Assembly (NCBI GenBank): GCA_963740635.1
Contig: CAVUEQ010000001.1
Span: forward strand, 529,026-593,025
Origin: an uncultured bacterium
GTDB taxonomy: Bacteria > Patescibacteriota > Saccharimonadia > UBA4664
Direction: 5' to 3'
DNA length: 64,000 nt
The translations under genes were made by a program, and so were the position numbers. The notes under the pieces are model-generated. The model did not search any database, had not been told where the DNA came from, and worked only from the letters and a program-made list of their open reading frames with translations. This document shows, one piece after another, positions 1 to 8,633 of this stretch; the stretch's first letter is position 1; each line of letters opens with the position of its first letter.

Positions 1-3000
1 CGCCACCCGTGCCGCCGGCGCCAACCTTGAAGTAGTAATCGGAAGCCAGGCTGCTCAGGATGTACTTTTGGGCGCTCGCGCCTTCACCACCGCCGCCGGC
101 CTCTTTGATGACGTTGGAGGTGCCGGTGGAGCCGCCGCCCCCGCCGCCGGCTTTTACCTCGATCACTAATTTGGAAGCATTGGCCGGCAGGGTGAGCAGA
201 TGCGAGCCGTTGTTGAAGCTGGGCTGGGAATTGTCGGCGCCGGTGAACTGGATGTGGGTCTGGGTGTCGGTGGCGGTGAGGGCCTGCTGCGAGGTCCAGG
301 CGGCCAGCAATTTGTCGCCGGCCAGAGCGGTGCAGGTGCCGCCGGTGATGATGCCGCCGGTGGTGGTGAAGCCGTCGAGTATTTCGCCGGAGGCGCAGGT
401 GCGTGACAGGCCGGTGGTGCCGTTTACGCTGTAGACCCGGCCGGAACCGATGTCCACGCCGCCCTCGACGCTGACGTTGGCCACGTTACTGCCGTTCGAG
501 TTGGTAATAGTGAGGGTGGAGGTGGCGGCGGTGGCGAGGTCGATAGTGAAGAGGTTGGCGGCTTTTTGGAGGGTGGTAGTGTTGGTGCCGAGAATGAGGT
601 TGCCGGACAGCGAGTCGAGCGTGAGGTCGCTGGTGCCGCCGGAGCTTAAGCTGACGGCGCCGGCGCCGGTGAAGCTGGGGCTTTGCAGCGAGGTTCCGAA
701 GTAACCGGTGCGCCAAAGATGGGTGGAGTCGCCGAGGTCGCGGTTGTTGGCGGTGGCGTCGGGCGAAATGTTGGCGTCGGCGGCGACGGAGCCGATGTTA
801 CTTAGGGTGGTGGTGGCGCCGGCCGCGACGCAGCTGCCGCCGGTGGTGACGCCGCCGGCCACGACCTGGTTTTGCAGCAACTGGCCGCCGGAGCAGGTGA
901 CACCGGCGCCGGGAGTGGCGCCCACGGTAATGACCTGGCCCGAGCCGATGGTGAGTCCGCCCTCGACGCTCAGGTTGGCCACGTTGGCGCCGTTGGAATT
1001 GGTGATGGTGAGCGTGGAGGTGGCGGCGGTGACGAGATCGAGCGTGAGGGCGTTGGCGGCTTTTTGCAGGGTGGTGACGTTGCTGCCGAGCACGACCGTG
1101 TTGCCGCCGGCGCCGCCGGTATTGAGGGTGAGGTTTTGGCCGGAGGCGGCCGCCAGAGTGACGGCGCCGGAGCCGGTGGCGAGCTGGGTCGGGTCGAGGC
1201 TGGTGAGGTTTTGGCCGGAGAGCGCCGGCAAGTGCCCGGAACTGTCGGTTTCCACGAGCTGGGAGGTGCCATTAAAAGTGTCGCCTTTGTGTGTGAGCGA
1301 TGCGTCGTTGGAGAGGTCGGCGGAAGAAATTTGGCTGCCGCCGACGCTGATTTGCTGGCCGGCGCCGAGATTGAGGCTGCCGGAGACGTCGAGGTTGGCG
1401 ACGTGGCCGGCGTTGGAGTTGGTGACGTAGAGCGTGGAATTGACGGCGGAGTTGAGGTCGAAGGTGAGGCTGGCCTGCGCGGCGGTGGCGATAGTGGCGG
1501 CCGAGACGTTGATGGTGCCGGAGCCGGAGGTTAGGTTGAGGTTGCCGGTGCCGGTGGTTAGCAGCGCCAGGTCGGTGTTGTTAGCGGCGGCGAGCTGGGG
1601 CGCTTGCAGGCCGGTGCCGAAGTAGGCGGAAGCGAACGGGTTGGTCGCCGAACCGATGTCGAGCGTGTTGGTGGTAGAGGTGAGCAGGGCGGCGTTGATA
1701 GCCACGGACGACAGGTTGGACAGTGAGGTATTGGCGCCGGTGACCCCGAGCAGGTCGGCGTAACTGCCGCCGGACTCGGACACGCGGAAGTGGCCGCTGG
1801 ACGTGTCGAAGTAGATGCGGCCTTCGCCGCTGGGGGCGACGGCCGGCGCGCCGATGCCGTTGAGCTCGATGGAGCCGTTGACTTCGAGCTTGGCGCCGTC
1901 CGAGGTGATGCCGCCGACGCCGACGTTGCCGTTGGTGTCCACGTGGATGCCTTCGGTGGTGTTGGCCACGATGGAGACGTCGTTGGCGTCGGCGGTGCCG
2001 AGTACGGCCGTGGCGCCGAAGCTGTTGCCGCCCTGGATGAACGGGTTGAGGCTGCCGCCGGAGTCCTGGATGGCCTGGAGGTAGCTGCCGGCGCGGACGA
2101 CGGTGGCCGTGCCGCTGGAGGTGTTTTGCGACCATTGAAGCGTGACCGTGCCGCCGGAAGCGCCGGCCGTGACGGAGCCGTCCACATAGACGAGCGCGTC
2201 GTGGCTGGTCATGGTCAATATGCCGGTGGATGCGCCGCAAGCCATATTCCCATACGAGTCGGTGTTTTGGGCCACGCTGGCGCCCCAGTTACAGGTTGCC
2301 CCGGCCGGGGCGGTGATGCCGACATTGAGGTCGCCGGCGGCGCCGGCGGCGGCGACGTTCATATGGAAGTCCCAGGTCTCGCCCGCACCAATGGTGAATT
2401 TGAGCTGGGTGTCATCTTGCAGGGTGGTGGAGCTGGCCAGGCTCTGGTCCGAGGTTTTGTACACGGTCTTGATGGAGTTAGCCAGGACGTCGGCGGCGTT
2501 GAGCGGGACCCAGGCCGAGCCGTCGTAGCCCTCGAACTGGCCGCCGGAGAAGCGGATGGTGCCGGAATTGGTGCCCGAGGTGCTGCCGACGCGGACGCCG
2601 CCGGCCACGTCGAGAGCTTCGGCGGGGGTGGCGGTGCCGACGCCGACGCGGTTGTTCTGGGTGTCGACGTCGAGCGTGGGGGTGGAGGTGCCGTCGGGGA
2701 TGACGGCGAAGGCACCGGTGGAGTTGAAGCCGGTGCCGGACTGCACGACCAGGTTTTTGGTGGCCGAGCCGGTGGTAATGGTGGCGGGCGAAGTGGAGTT
2801 ATTGTAGGCGCTCTGGAGAGTTCCGGTGGCGCAAGTGCCGAATCCGAGCACGCCGGCGCCGGTGGTGTCTTTGAGGCAGTCGCCGGACGAGCCGACATTG
2901 GTGGGCAGTGTGAGCGTGAGCGTGGACGGCACGGTGGCGCCGGATTGGAGGATGACGACGTTCGAATTCGCACCGTCGCCGAAGGTAGCCTGGCCGACGG

Positions 3001-3676
3001 CGCTGGAGGAGCCGAGCGTGAGCGAATTGGTGCCGGTGAGCGTGGCGGTGGCGCCTTGCAGGCTGCCGTCGGACTGGATGGTGCCGGAGACGTGGATGGT
3101 ACCGGTTTGGCTGGCTCCGAGCTGCACAAACGCGCCCGAATCGAGGCCGTCGAGGGTGTCGGAGTTGAAGGCATAGGGCGCGGAGGCCAGCGGCTGGCGC
3201 GGGGTCATGGCGCCTTCGGTGAAGCTGGCGCAACCGTTGGTGGCGCATGTGGCGGTGGCCGGTGTGGGCAGCTCCACTTCGAGATAGAGATTGGCGTAGG
3301 TCTGGGTGTTGAACAGGCTGGGGCTGAGCGCCGGGTCACCCTGACCGGTGTCGCCGAACTGAATGTTGAACAGGCCGTTCGTGACGGTAATGCGGTGATC
3401 GGAAGCGCCCCGCACACGGTCGCCTTCCCAGAGGTTGGTTCCGCTGGTGGAGGCATCGAAGATGCGGAATTTTATGTTGTAGGAGCCGTCCGTGAGGATG
3501 TTGCCGTTGTTGTCGGTGAGGCGCCCCTGGAAGTTTACCAGGTACGGGACCGAGGCGACGCCGGCGGCCGACTGCGGCGCCAGAAGTGTAGCAACGCCAA
3601 CAGCGGCTGTAATGAGTTGTAGCGCCGTTGCCAGGAGCACTATTCTCCCAACGCGGAAACTGCGGCGTAACTCCAT
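1..3676 (-). CDS. Giant secreted fibre/adhesin-like surface protein, N-terminal 1225 codons (3' end runs off the window)
   Basis: The minus-strand frame ending at 3676 has no stop between 3676 and 1. The track lists no ORF in this frame, apparently because no stop closes it inside the window. ATG 3676 is preceded by GAAGG; in-frame alternative ATGs lie at 3700/3703. The N-terminus MELRRSFRVGRIVLLATALQLITAAVGVATLLAPQSAAG looks like a signal peptide. The body is Gly/Thr/Ser/Asn-rich with repeat modules (TLQKAAN..TLTITNSNG.NVAN.SVEGG). The last visible residues (VIEVKAGGGGGGSTG..GGGGEGA..YYFKVGAGGTGG) resemble tail-fibre glycine-rich domains. Confidence 0.8.
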   Translation of the reverse strand, partial: MELRRSFRVGRIVLLATALQLITAAVGVATLLAPQSAAGVASVPYLVNFQGRLTDNNGNILTDGSYNIKFRIFDASTSGTNLWEGDRVRGASDHRITVTNGLFNIQFGDTGQGDPALSPSLFNTQTYANLYLEVELPTPATATCATNGCASFTEGAMTPRQPLASAPYAFNSDTLDGLDSGAFVQLGASQTGTIHVSGTIQSDGSLQGATATLTGTNSLTLGSSSAVGQATFGDGANSNVVILQSGATVPSTLTLTLPTNVGSSGDCLKDTTGAGVLGFGTCATGTLQSAYNNSTSPATITTGSATKNLVVQSGTGFNSTGAFAVIPDGTSTPTLDVDTQNNRVGVGTATPAEALDVAGGVRVGSTSGTNSGTIRFSGGQFEGYDGSAWVPLNAADVLANSIKTVYKTSDQSLASSTTLQDDTQLKFTIGAGETWDFHMNVAAAGAAGDLNVGITAPAGATCNWGASVAQNTDSYGNMACGASTGILTMTSHDALVYVDGSVTAGASGGTVTLQWSQNTSSGTATVVRAGSYLQAIQDSGGSLNPFIQGGNSFGATAVLGTADANDVSIVANTTEGIHVDTNGNVGVGGITSDGAKLEVNGSIELNGIGAPAVAPSGEGRIYFDTSSGHFRVSESGGSYADLLGVTGANTSLSNLSSVAINAALLTSTTNTLDIGSATNPFASAYFGTGLQAPQLAAANNTDLALLTTGTGNLNLTSGSGTINVSAATIATAAQASLTFDLNSAVNSTLYVTNSNAGHVANLDVSGSLNLGAGQQISVGGSQISSADLSNDASLTHKGDTFNGTSQLVETDSSGHLPALSGQNLTSLDPTQLATGSGAVTLAAASGQNLTLNTGGAGGNTVVLGSNVTTLQKAANALTLDLVTAATSTLTITNSNGANVANLSVEGGLTIGSGQVITVGATPGAGVTCSGGQLLQNQVVAGGVTTGGSCVAAGATTTLSNIGSVAADANISPDATANNRDLGDSTHLWRTGYFGTSLQSPSFTGAGAVSLSSGGTSDLTLDSLSGNLILGTNTTTLQKAANLFTIDLATAATSTLTITNSNGSNVANVSVEGGVDIGSGRVYSVNGTTGLSRTCASGEILDGFTTTGGIITGGTCTALAGDKLLAAWTSQQALTATDTQTHIQFTGADNSQPSFNNGSHLLTLPANASKLVIEVKAGGGGGGSTGTSNVIKEAGGGGEGASAQKYILSSLASDYYFKVGAGGTGG
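436..1540 (-). repeat. Intragenic coding repeats (period about 490 bp) of the giant surface protein
   Basis: DNA at 436-720 aligns by eye with 926-1200, for example gccctcgacgct..gttggccacgtt..ggtggaggtggcggcggtg..gttggcggctttttg. A third, degenerate copy lies near 1390-1540. The encoded modules are about 90 aa. Confidence 0.7.
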
Positions 3677-3738
3677 CACAACCTTCGTTACAGGAGGCAT
3701 CATAGCATTACGCTTATGTTTTAATCAAGAGCCCAGAT

Positions 3739-3767
3739 TTGACGGCTATGCCATATGTTGTTAATCT
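3739..3767 (+). promoter_or_regulatory. Putative sigma70-type promoter of the small WxL-like gene (leaderless)
   Basis: TTGACG (3739-3744), 17 nt, TAATCT (3762-3767). The ATG at 3775 lies 7 nt after the -10 with no Shine-Dalgarno. Confidence 0.35.
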
Positions 3768-3774
3768 TTACTTA

Positions 3775-4389
3775 ATGCTTAAGCTTACTAGAAAAACAGG
3801 TCTGGCGCTGGGTGTTATCGGCCTGAACGTGGCCGCGCTGAGCTTGCCATTTATGGTAAGTGCCGATACTCAGACCACCAATACCACCATTAACCTGCAG
3901 GTAAACCCGGTGATTATTTCGTACTCGTCGGGGCCGACCGTGACGCTGGGCGCGATCACGCCAGATTCGACCGGCCGGCAATCGACCGCCAGCGATACAG
4001 TGGCGGCCGACACCAACGACACGGCCGGGCTCACGATTACGCTCAAGGAGAACGACGTAGCCGTCACGGACATGGTGAGCGGCGCCAATACCATAGCCAC
4101 CAGCCCCGACACGCCCGCGGCCCCGGCGGCGCTGGCCAACGCCAAGTGGGGCTGGCGCATAGACAGCCTGGCCGGATTCGGGGCTGGGCCGACTTCGACG
4201 ATCTCGAGTGCCGCGCCGAGTGCGCTGACCTACGCCGCGATTCCCGCCAACGCCTCGCCTTACACTATCAAGACGACGGCCACCAACGGCTCGACCTCCA
4301 GCACGGTCTGGTACAGTGCGCGAGTGAACAATACCCAGCCGATCGGCAATTATTCGACCACGGTTACCTATACGATCACCACAAACTAG
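3775..4389 (+). CDS. Small secreted beta-rich protein, WxL-like (Swp-like)
   Basis: Signal peptide MLKLTRKTGLALGVIGLNVAALSLPFMVSA. Thr/Ser/Asn-rich, ending in GNYSTTVTYTITTN, the same terminal motif as four other proteins of the locus. Its stop is 1 nt before the next start. Confidence 0.7.
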   Translation: MLKLTRKTGLALGVIGLNVAALSLPFMVSADTQTTNTTINLQVNPVIISYSSGPTVTLGAITPDSTGRQSTASDTVAADTNDTAGLTITLKENDVAVTDMVSGANTIATSPDTPAAPAALANAKWGWRIDSLAGFGAGPTSTISSAAPSALTYAAIPANASPYTIKTTATNGSTSSTVWYSARVNNTQPIGNYSTTVTYTITTN

Positions 4390-4390
4390 C

Positions 4391-5287
4391 ATGGGGGTTC
4401 GGGTTCGGCTCAGGGGGTGGCCGGCGGTATTGTTGCTGTATCTGCTGTTGCCGGCGGCGCCGGCGATGGCCTCCCAGGGCATAGGAGTATCGCCGACCAG
4501 CCAGGAGGTCCAGCTGCAGCCCGGCACCAGTACCAGGCATGAATTGACAGTGATCAACGATGGCGACACCGACGTGACTTACCGGCTGGTGGCCACTGAT
4601 TACCGGGTAACAAACGAGAACTACCAAGGGGACTTTTCGAGCAGCCGGAAAGCGGCCGACGTCTCTGCGGTGTCGTGGTTTTTGCTACCGGTGGGAACGC
4701 TCACCGTCAAGGCCAGGCAGCAGGTGAAGCAGTCTTACACGATCGTCGTTCCGCCCACGGCGGTGGTGGGAGGGCATTACGCCGCGGTGTTTGTGGAGAC
4801 TGTGCCGCCGCCGGGCAAAGGCGGGACGTTTATTTCCAGGGTGGAGCGCATCGGGTCACTGTTTTATCTGGCGGTTGCCGGGGACCTGAAGCGGTCTGGC
4901 AGCGTACTCCCCCTCTCGGCCGACTGGCTGCAGGCCCTATCACCCATCAAGAGTACCCTGCGGGTCCGCAACGACGGGAATGTGCACTTCCTGGCTGAGG
5001 GTACGGCCCAACTGTCCACGCCATTCGGCGAAGTGGGCACGCCGGAGCAATTTCGCGGCGAGGTATTGCCTGGGACCACCCGCCGGTTTGCCCTAGCGCT
5101 GCCAGCGGGCAGCCCGATTGGACTTTATAAAGTGAGTGTGAAGGCGAGTTACCTGAACACCACCAAGGATATGTCGCGATGGGTGCTGCTGGTTCCGAGG
5201 CTGACCTTCATAATCGTGAGCGGCACCCTGGTGCTGCTAATCGCGCTCGGGTTCGTGGCTGTGGTGCGAAGAGCCCGGCGGAGGTAG
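4391..5287 (+). CDS. Signal peptide + Ig-like ectodomains + C-terminal TM anchor; DUF916/DUF3324-like (Duf-like 1)
   Basis: Signal peptide with AMA/SQG. The pattern VSPTSQEVQLQPG..ELTVINDG..VTY resembles the DUF916 N-domain. Also GGHYAAVFVETVPPP. C-terminal TM FIIVSGTLVLLIALGFVAVV followed by RRARRR. Confidence 0.7.
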   Translation: MGVRVRLRGWPAVLLLYLLLPAAPAMASQGIGVSPTSQEVQLQPGTSTRHELTVINDGDTDVTYRLVATDYRVTNENYQGDFSSSRKAADVSAVSWFLLPVGTLTVKARQQVKQSYTIVVPPTAVVGGHYAAVFVETVPPPGKGGTFISRVERIGSLFYLAVAGDLKRSGSVLPLSADWLQALSPIKSTLRVRNDGNVHFLAEGTAQLSTPFGEVGTPEQFRGEVLPGTTRRFALALPAGSPIGLYKVSVKASYLNTTKDMSRWVLLVPRLTFIIVSGTLVLLIALGFVAVVRRARRR

Positions 5288-5288
5288 G

Positions 5289-6227
5289 CTACTTCTTGAT
5301 AGAGAGTCCGTCCAGGGACTTTCGCTTGGGCCCCGGACGGTAGCGGAACTTTCGCCAGATACGGCGGGGCCAGGAAGCGACCAGACCAAACGGCGTGAAG
5401 AGAATCACAATTATAAGCACCGGCAGCCCCCATTGGTACCAACCCGTGACGGCAAAGACCCAGGCGGTGCGGTGGTGATGAGTGGCGCTGTTGGTGAGCG
5501 TGACAGGAAGCAGGCCGAAGAAGGCTCCGGGCCGGGAGAGCTCAAACTTGCGGGTGCTGAGTGGCAGGATAAGGCCGCTGGGGCTGGCAACGGCGCGGCC
5601 CCAGGGCGTGACGCGGGAGGTGAGGGTCGGCTTGAAGGCCAGGGCAGTCTTGGAGCTGTCGGTGTTGCGGTAGGTGAGGCTGCCGGTGATGCCGGATCCG
5701 AATTGCCAGAAGGGCAGATCGAGCCGGGTGATATCGCCGCGGGGCGCGTGCGGGTCGCCATTGGTGAGCGAGAGGAGCGTGCCGACATTGGCGCTCTGGC
5801 GGACGTATGAGGTGCTACTGGAATCCTCGCGCGGCACCGTCTGGAAGAATATGGCGGCGTACACTCCGCCTTGCGGGAGCTTGGAGGCGTCGACGGTGAA
5901 GACCACCCGGATAGCTTCGCGCGGACCGAGCGTAAATTTCGGCAGCCCGACCTTGATGGCGGTGGCATAGTCTGGGTCATCAAAGAAGCCGAGGTTACCG
6001 TCCTGGTCGACTTGGCGGAAGCCTTTGACCTCGGAAATAATATCTACGCTGGCGTCGGCGGGGTTGGAAACGTCGATGAACGCGCTGGACACCGTTCCCG
6101 GCTTGAGAGTGGCGGTATATTGAAGCGGCGCGACCTGCAGGCTGGGCGCGGAGGCGAAGGCGGCAGGCGCGTGGACAAGAACAGCCGCGAGCAGACCAAG
6201 ACTGGCGGTGGCAAGGAATTTTTTCAC
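5289..6227 (-). CDS. DUF916/DUF3324-like membrane-anchored surface protein (Duf-like 2)
   Basis: The GTG start at 6227 overlaps the upstream TGA (GTGA). N-terminus KKFLATASLGLLAAVLVHAPAAFA is a signal peptide. LQVAPLQYTATLKPG..IDVSNP, GGVYAAIFFQTVPR, and a C-terminal TM plus basic tail. The 544-aa track ORF is an unsupported N-terminal extension. Confidence 0.7.
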   Translation of the reverse strand: MKKFLATASLGLLAAVLVHAPAAFASAPSLQVAPLQYTATLKPGTVSSAFIDVSNPADASVDIISEVKGFRQVDQDGNLGFFDDPDYATAIKVGLPKFTLGPREAIRVVFTVDASKLPQGGVYAAIFFQTVPREDSSSTSYVRQSANVGTLLSLTNGDPHAPRGDITRLDLPFWQFGSGITGSLTYRNTDSSKTALAFKPTLTSRVTPWGRAVASPSGLILPLSTRKFELSRPGAFFGLLPVTLTNSATHHHRTAWVFAVTGWYQWGLPVLIIVILFTPFGLVASWPRRIWRKFRYRPGPKRKSLDGLSIKK

Positions 6228-7588
6228 GGCTTCAGGGTGGCGGTATAAACAACGGTGGTGGTGTAGGTGCCCTGCTTTTGGACCGGCGCGGCGTCGGCGC
6301 GGTATTGGATGGTGGTGGTTTCTGGGACTCCCCCATTGAGGCCGGTGCGGGAGTGAAAGACGGTGGCGGCCGTCGGCAGGGCGGCGTACATGAAGTTGGG
6401 AGTCGACCCCCACGAACCTTCCAACTGCGTCCCGCCCGTGAGCGTGAAGCCGAAGCCCTTGGTAGTGCCCTCGCTCCACAGGATCGGCGATGCAATACTG
6501 CCGGATACTCCCGGGAGAGTGGTGACCGTATTGGTGTGCGTGAGCGGGTTGGGAGCCTGCACGTAGAGATCGTAGCCGCCGGCATTGGTGCGCACTACCG
6601 CGTCGACGGAGTAATTCTGAGAGGTCCCGGGGGTGATGTTGGGTAGGGTGAAGGCGTTGTGGAGGGCGTTGGCGCCGGCCGTGTAGTCGTTGGTAACCTC
6701 GGAATCGCTCAGCTGACGGGTGTATACGCGGGCTTCGTCGATGGTGCCGGCCAGGTAATTTGAGGTGGGCGCGCTGGGCCAGCCGGTGAGGTCGTCGTAG
6801 CCCATGCGCCAATAGCCGGAGTAGCTGCCGGCGGTGGTGGTGCCGGTATTGGTGCCTTGGCGCACGCCGTCCACATATAGCAGCAGCCCGCCGGCGCCGA
6901 GGGAGGCGGCCACGTGGTGCCATGAGCCGTCGTTGTACGAGCTGGCGGTGGTGACGGAATGGATGGTAGAGGGCTTGGTTCCGAAGGTGATTTTGCCGTC
7001 GGAGCGCAGATACACCAGACGGTCGAGGGTGGCCGAGGCTCCGGAGGCATTATCGCCGAAGCCCATCAGGTAGCCGCCACTCGAGCTGGTAGATTGGAAC
7101 CAGATCTCCGTTGTAAACGGGTTTTGGCCAGACAGCTGGGTGCCGGTGGTGATGTACTGGCTGGATCCGTTCAGCGTGACGGCCTGGTCGACAATACCGG
7201 CGCCCCAGCTGGGCGCGTTTTGCAGCGTGCCGTCGTCGGCGGTAGTGGACATGTCGTAGGCACGGGTGCCGGTGCCGGTGTCAAGTGGCCAGTAGGCGTA
7301 AGTGCCCGACGGCAGGACGGTGAGCTGGAGTGATTGCGCGAGAGCACGCGCGTAGCCTTGTCCCAGTTTGTAACTTTGGCTGGAACCTGCTCCCACCACT
7401 CCCTCGCCCCCGGTGTTGGTGAGCTGATACGATGCCGAGCTGCCGCTGCCGCCGAAGCTGGCCGCTACATTGGGGTCGAGGCGGAAATGTGGGCTTTGGA
7501 GCAGGTTGGCCGAGGCCAAACCGGGCAGCATCACCGCTGCCACGCCTGCCAACAACCGTATTGTTCGCCACTTCACAACCATTAGCAT
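6224..7588 (-). CDS. Secreted LamG/concanavalin-A-like lectin domain protein with WxL-like C-terminal module (Lwp-like)
   Basis: Start MLMVVKWRTIRLLAGVAAVMLPGLASA at 7588, after the stop of the upstream gene. LamG signature: AVTLNGSSQYITTG..FTTEIWFQ..DGSWHHVAASLGAGGLLLYVDGV..GTIDEARVYTRQLSDSEV. Ends GTYTTTVVYTATLKP. Confidence 0.8.
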   Translation of the reverse strand: MLMVVKWRTIRLLAGVAAVMLPGLASANLLQSPHFRLDPNVAASFGGSGSSASYQLTNTGGEGVVGAGSSQSYKLGQGYARALAQSLQLTVLPSGTYAYWPLDTGTGTRAYDMSTTADDGTLQNAPSWGAGIVDQAVTLNGSSQYITTGTQLSGQNPFTTEIWFQSTSSSGGYLMGFGDNASGASATLDRLVYLRSDGKITFGTKPSTIHSVTTASSYNDGSWHHVAASLGAGGLLLYVDGVRQGTNTGTTTAGSYSGYWRMGYDDLTGWPSAPTSNYLAGTIDEARVYTRQLSDSEVTNDYTAGANALHNAFTLPNITPGTSQNYSVDAVVRTNAGGYDLYVQAPNPLTHTNTVTTLPGVSGSIASPILWSEGTTKGFGFTLTGGTQLEGSWGSTPNFMYAALPTAATVFHSRTGLNGGVPETTTIQYRADAAPVQKQGTYTTTVVYTATLKP

Positions 7589-7602
7589 AATTATAACAGC
7601 AG

Positions 7603-8592
7603 CTATTCCCGCCCGGCGAGGATGCGGAAGGCGCGGGCCAGGCGCTGGCGTCCGCGCCAGAAGAAGATGATGAGCAGGAGCAGGACGACCAGGACGAGAA
7701 TGACAATCTTCCACGGAATCACGGTGAAGCTGGTGGTAGCGCTGAGGGTCTTGCCGCCGGCGTACTTGGCGTGCATGGTGGCGGTGTAGGGGCCGAACAT
7801 GACGGGATTGTTGGCGCCCTTGCCCCAGGTATTGTGGAGGCGGCGGATGGCGCCCGGGATCACGAAATGCTCGTCGAGCGGAATACTGGCTACTTTGAGC
7901 CCGAAAATGTTTTTGATCTCAATGGTGCCGGTGGCTTTTTCGTGAACGGTGCCGGTGTTTTTGAGACGGGTGAGGAAACCGACCGGGCCGTACTCGAAGA
8001 ATGTCTGGTTGAGGAACTGCTCTTTGCCCTGGTAGTTACCGGCGTTGAAACTGTCGACATTGAGTTGCTCGTTGGCCGGGCCGTTGATGCGCAAAAAGGC
8101 GATGCCGGCAATGGTTTGCTGCACGGCGGCGCCGGACTGTCCGGAGGGCAATTTGGGCGGGATGGTGCTAAACACGATGGACCCGTAGCGGCCGCCGGGC
8201 TCGGCGTTGGTGGGGATGGCGACTGTATAATGCAACTCTTTGGTGCCGAGAGCGGGGATGTCGAGCTGGGTGGCGTCGAGGGTGAACCAGGGAGCGAGCG
8301 AGTAGATGGGGTCGGCATTGTCGACCAGCTCGATTTCGCCCTCTTCACCTTTGGCCACGAAGTTTTCCTTACCGGTTTTGACCGACAGCGGCGCGGTGGT
8401 GAGGTTGGTGACTTTGATGGTGCCGTGCTGAGTGGAGCCTTTGTCGCCGGAGTAGTTGGCGGTGGGCGGCGAGATCTGGAAGCTGGAGGTGCTGGCGGCG
8501 TGGGCGGTGCCGGCAAGCGCGAAGACCGCTCCGGCTCCGCAGGCGATCAGGGAAAGGTATAGGCGCCGGAGGGTGGAAGCGGTCTTCTTCAT
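7603..8592 (-). CDS. DUF916/DUF3324-like membrane-anchored surface protein (Duf-like 3)
   Basis: Signal peptide ..AGTAHA. FQISPPTANYSGDKGSTQHGTIKVTNLT, GGRYGSIVFSTIPP, a second beta domain, then the TM IVILVLVVLLLLIIFFW and a basic tail. Confidence 0.75.
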   Translation of the reverse strand: MKKTASTLRRLYLSLIACGAGAVFALAGTAHAASTSSFQISPPTANYSGDKGSTQHGTIKVTNLTTAPLSVKTGKENFVAKGEEGEIELVDNADPIYSLAPWFTLDATQLDIPALGTKELHYTVAIPTNAEPGGRYGSIVFSTIPPKLPSGQSGAAVQQTIAGIAFLRINGPANEQLNVDSFNAGNYQGKEQFLNQTFFEYGPVGFLTRLKNTGTVHEKATGTIEIKNIFGLKVASIPLDEHFVIPGAIRRLHNTWGKGANNPVMFGPYTATMHAKYAGGKTLSATTSFTVIPWKIVILVLVVLLLLIIFFWRGRQRLARAFRILAGRE

Positions 8593-8633
8593 ATGTGCTT
8601 TAGCTTACTATCTGGGAACGGGATCTGCAAGGC

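Noticed and set aside
1790-3622. 610-aa plus-strand ORF (and neighbouring plus/minus ORFs across 60-3622).
   Set aside because: These are Gly/Ala/Arg/Asp low-complexity shadow ORFs antisense to, or out of frame with, the uninterrupted minus-strand frame. That frame encodes a signal peptide and structured repeats.
5289-6923. 544-aa version of the Duf-like 2 gene.
   Set aside because: The N-terminal 232 codons overlap the LamG gene in another frame and are Arg/His/Pro-rich. A GTG at 6227 gives a proper signal peptide and a GTGA stop-start overlap.
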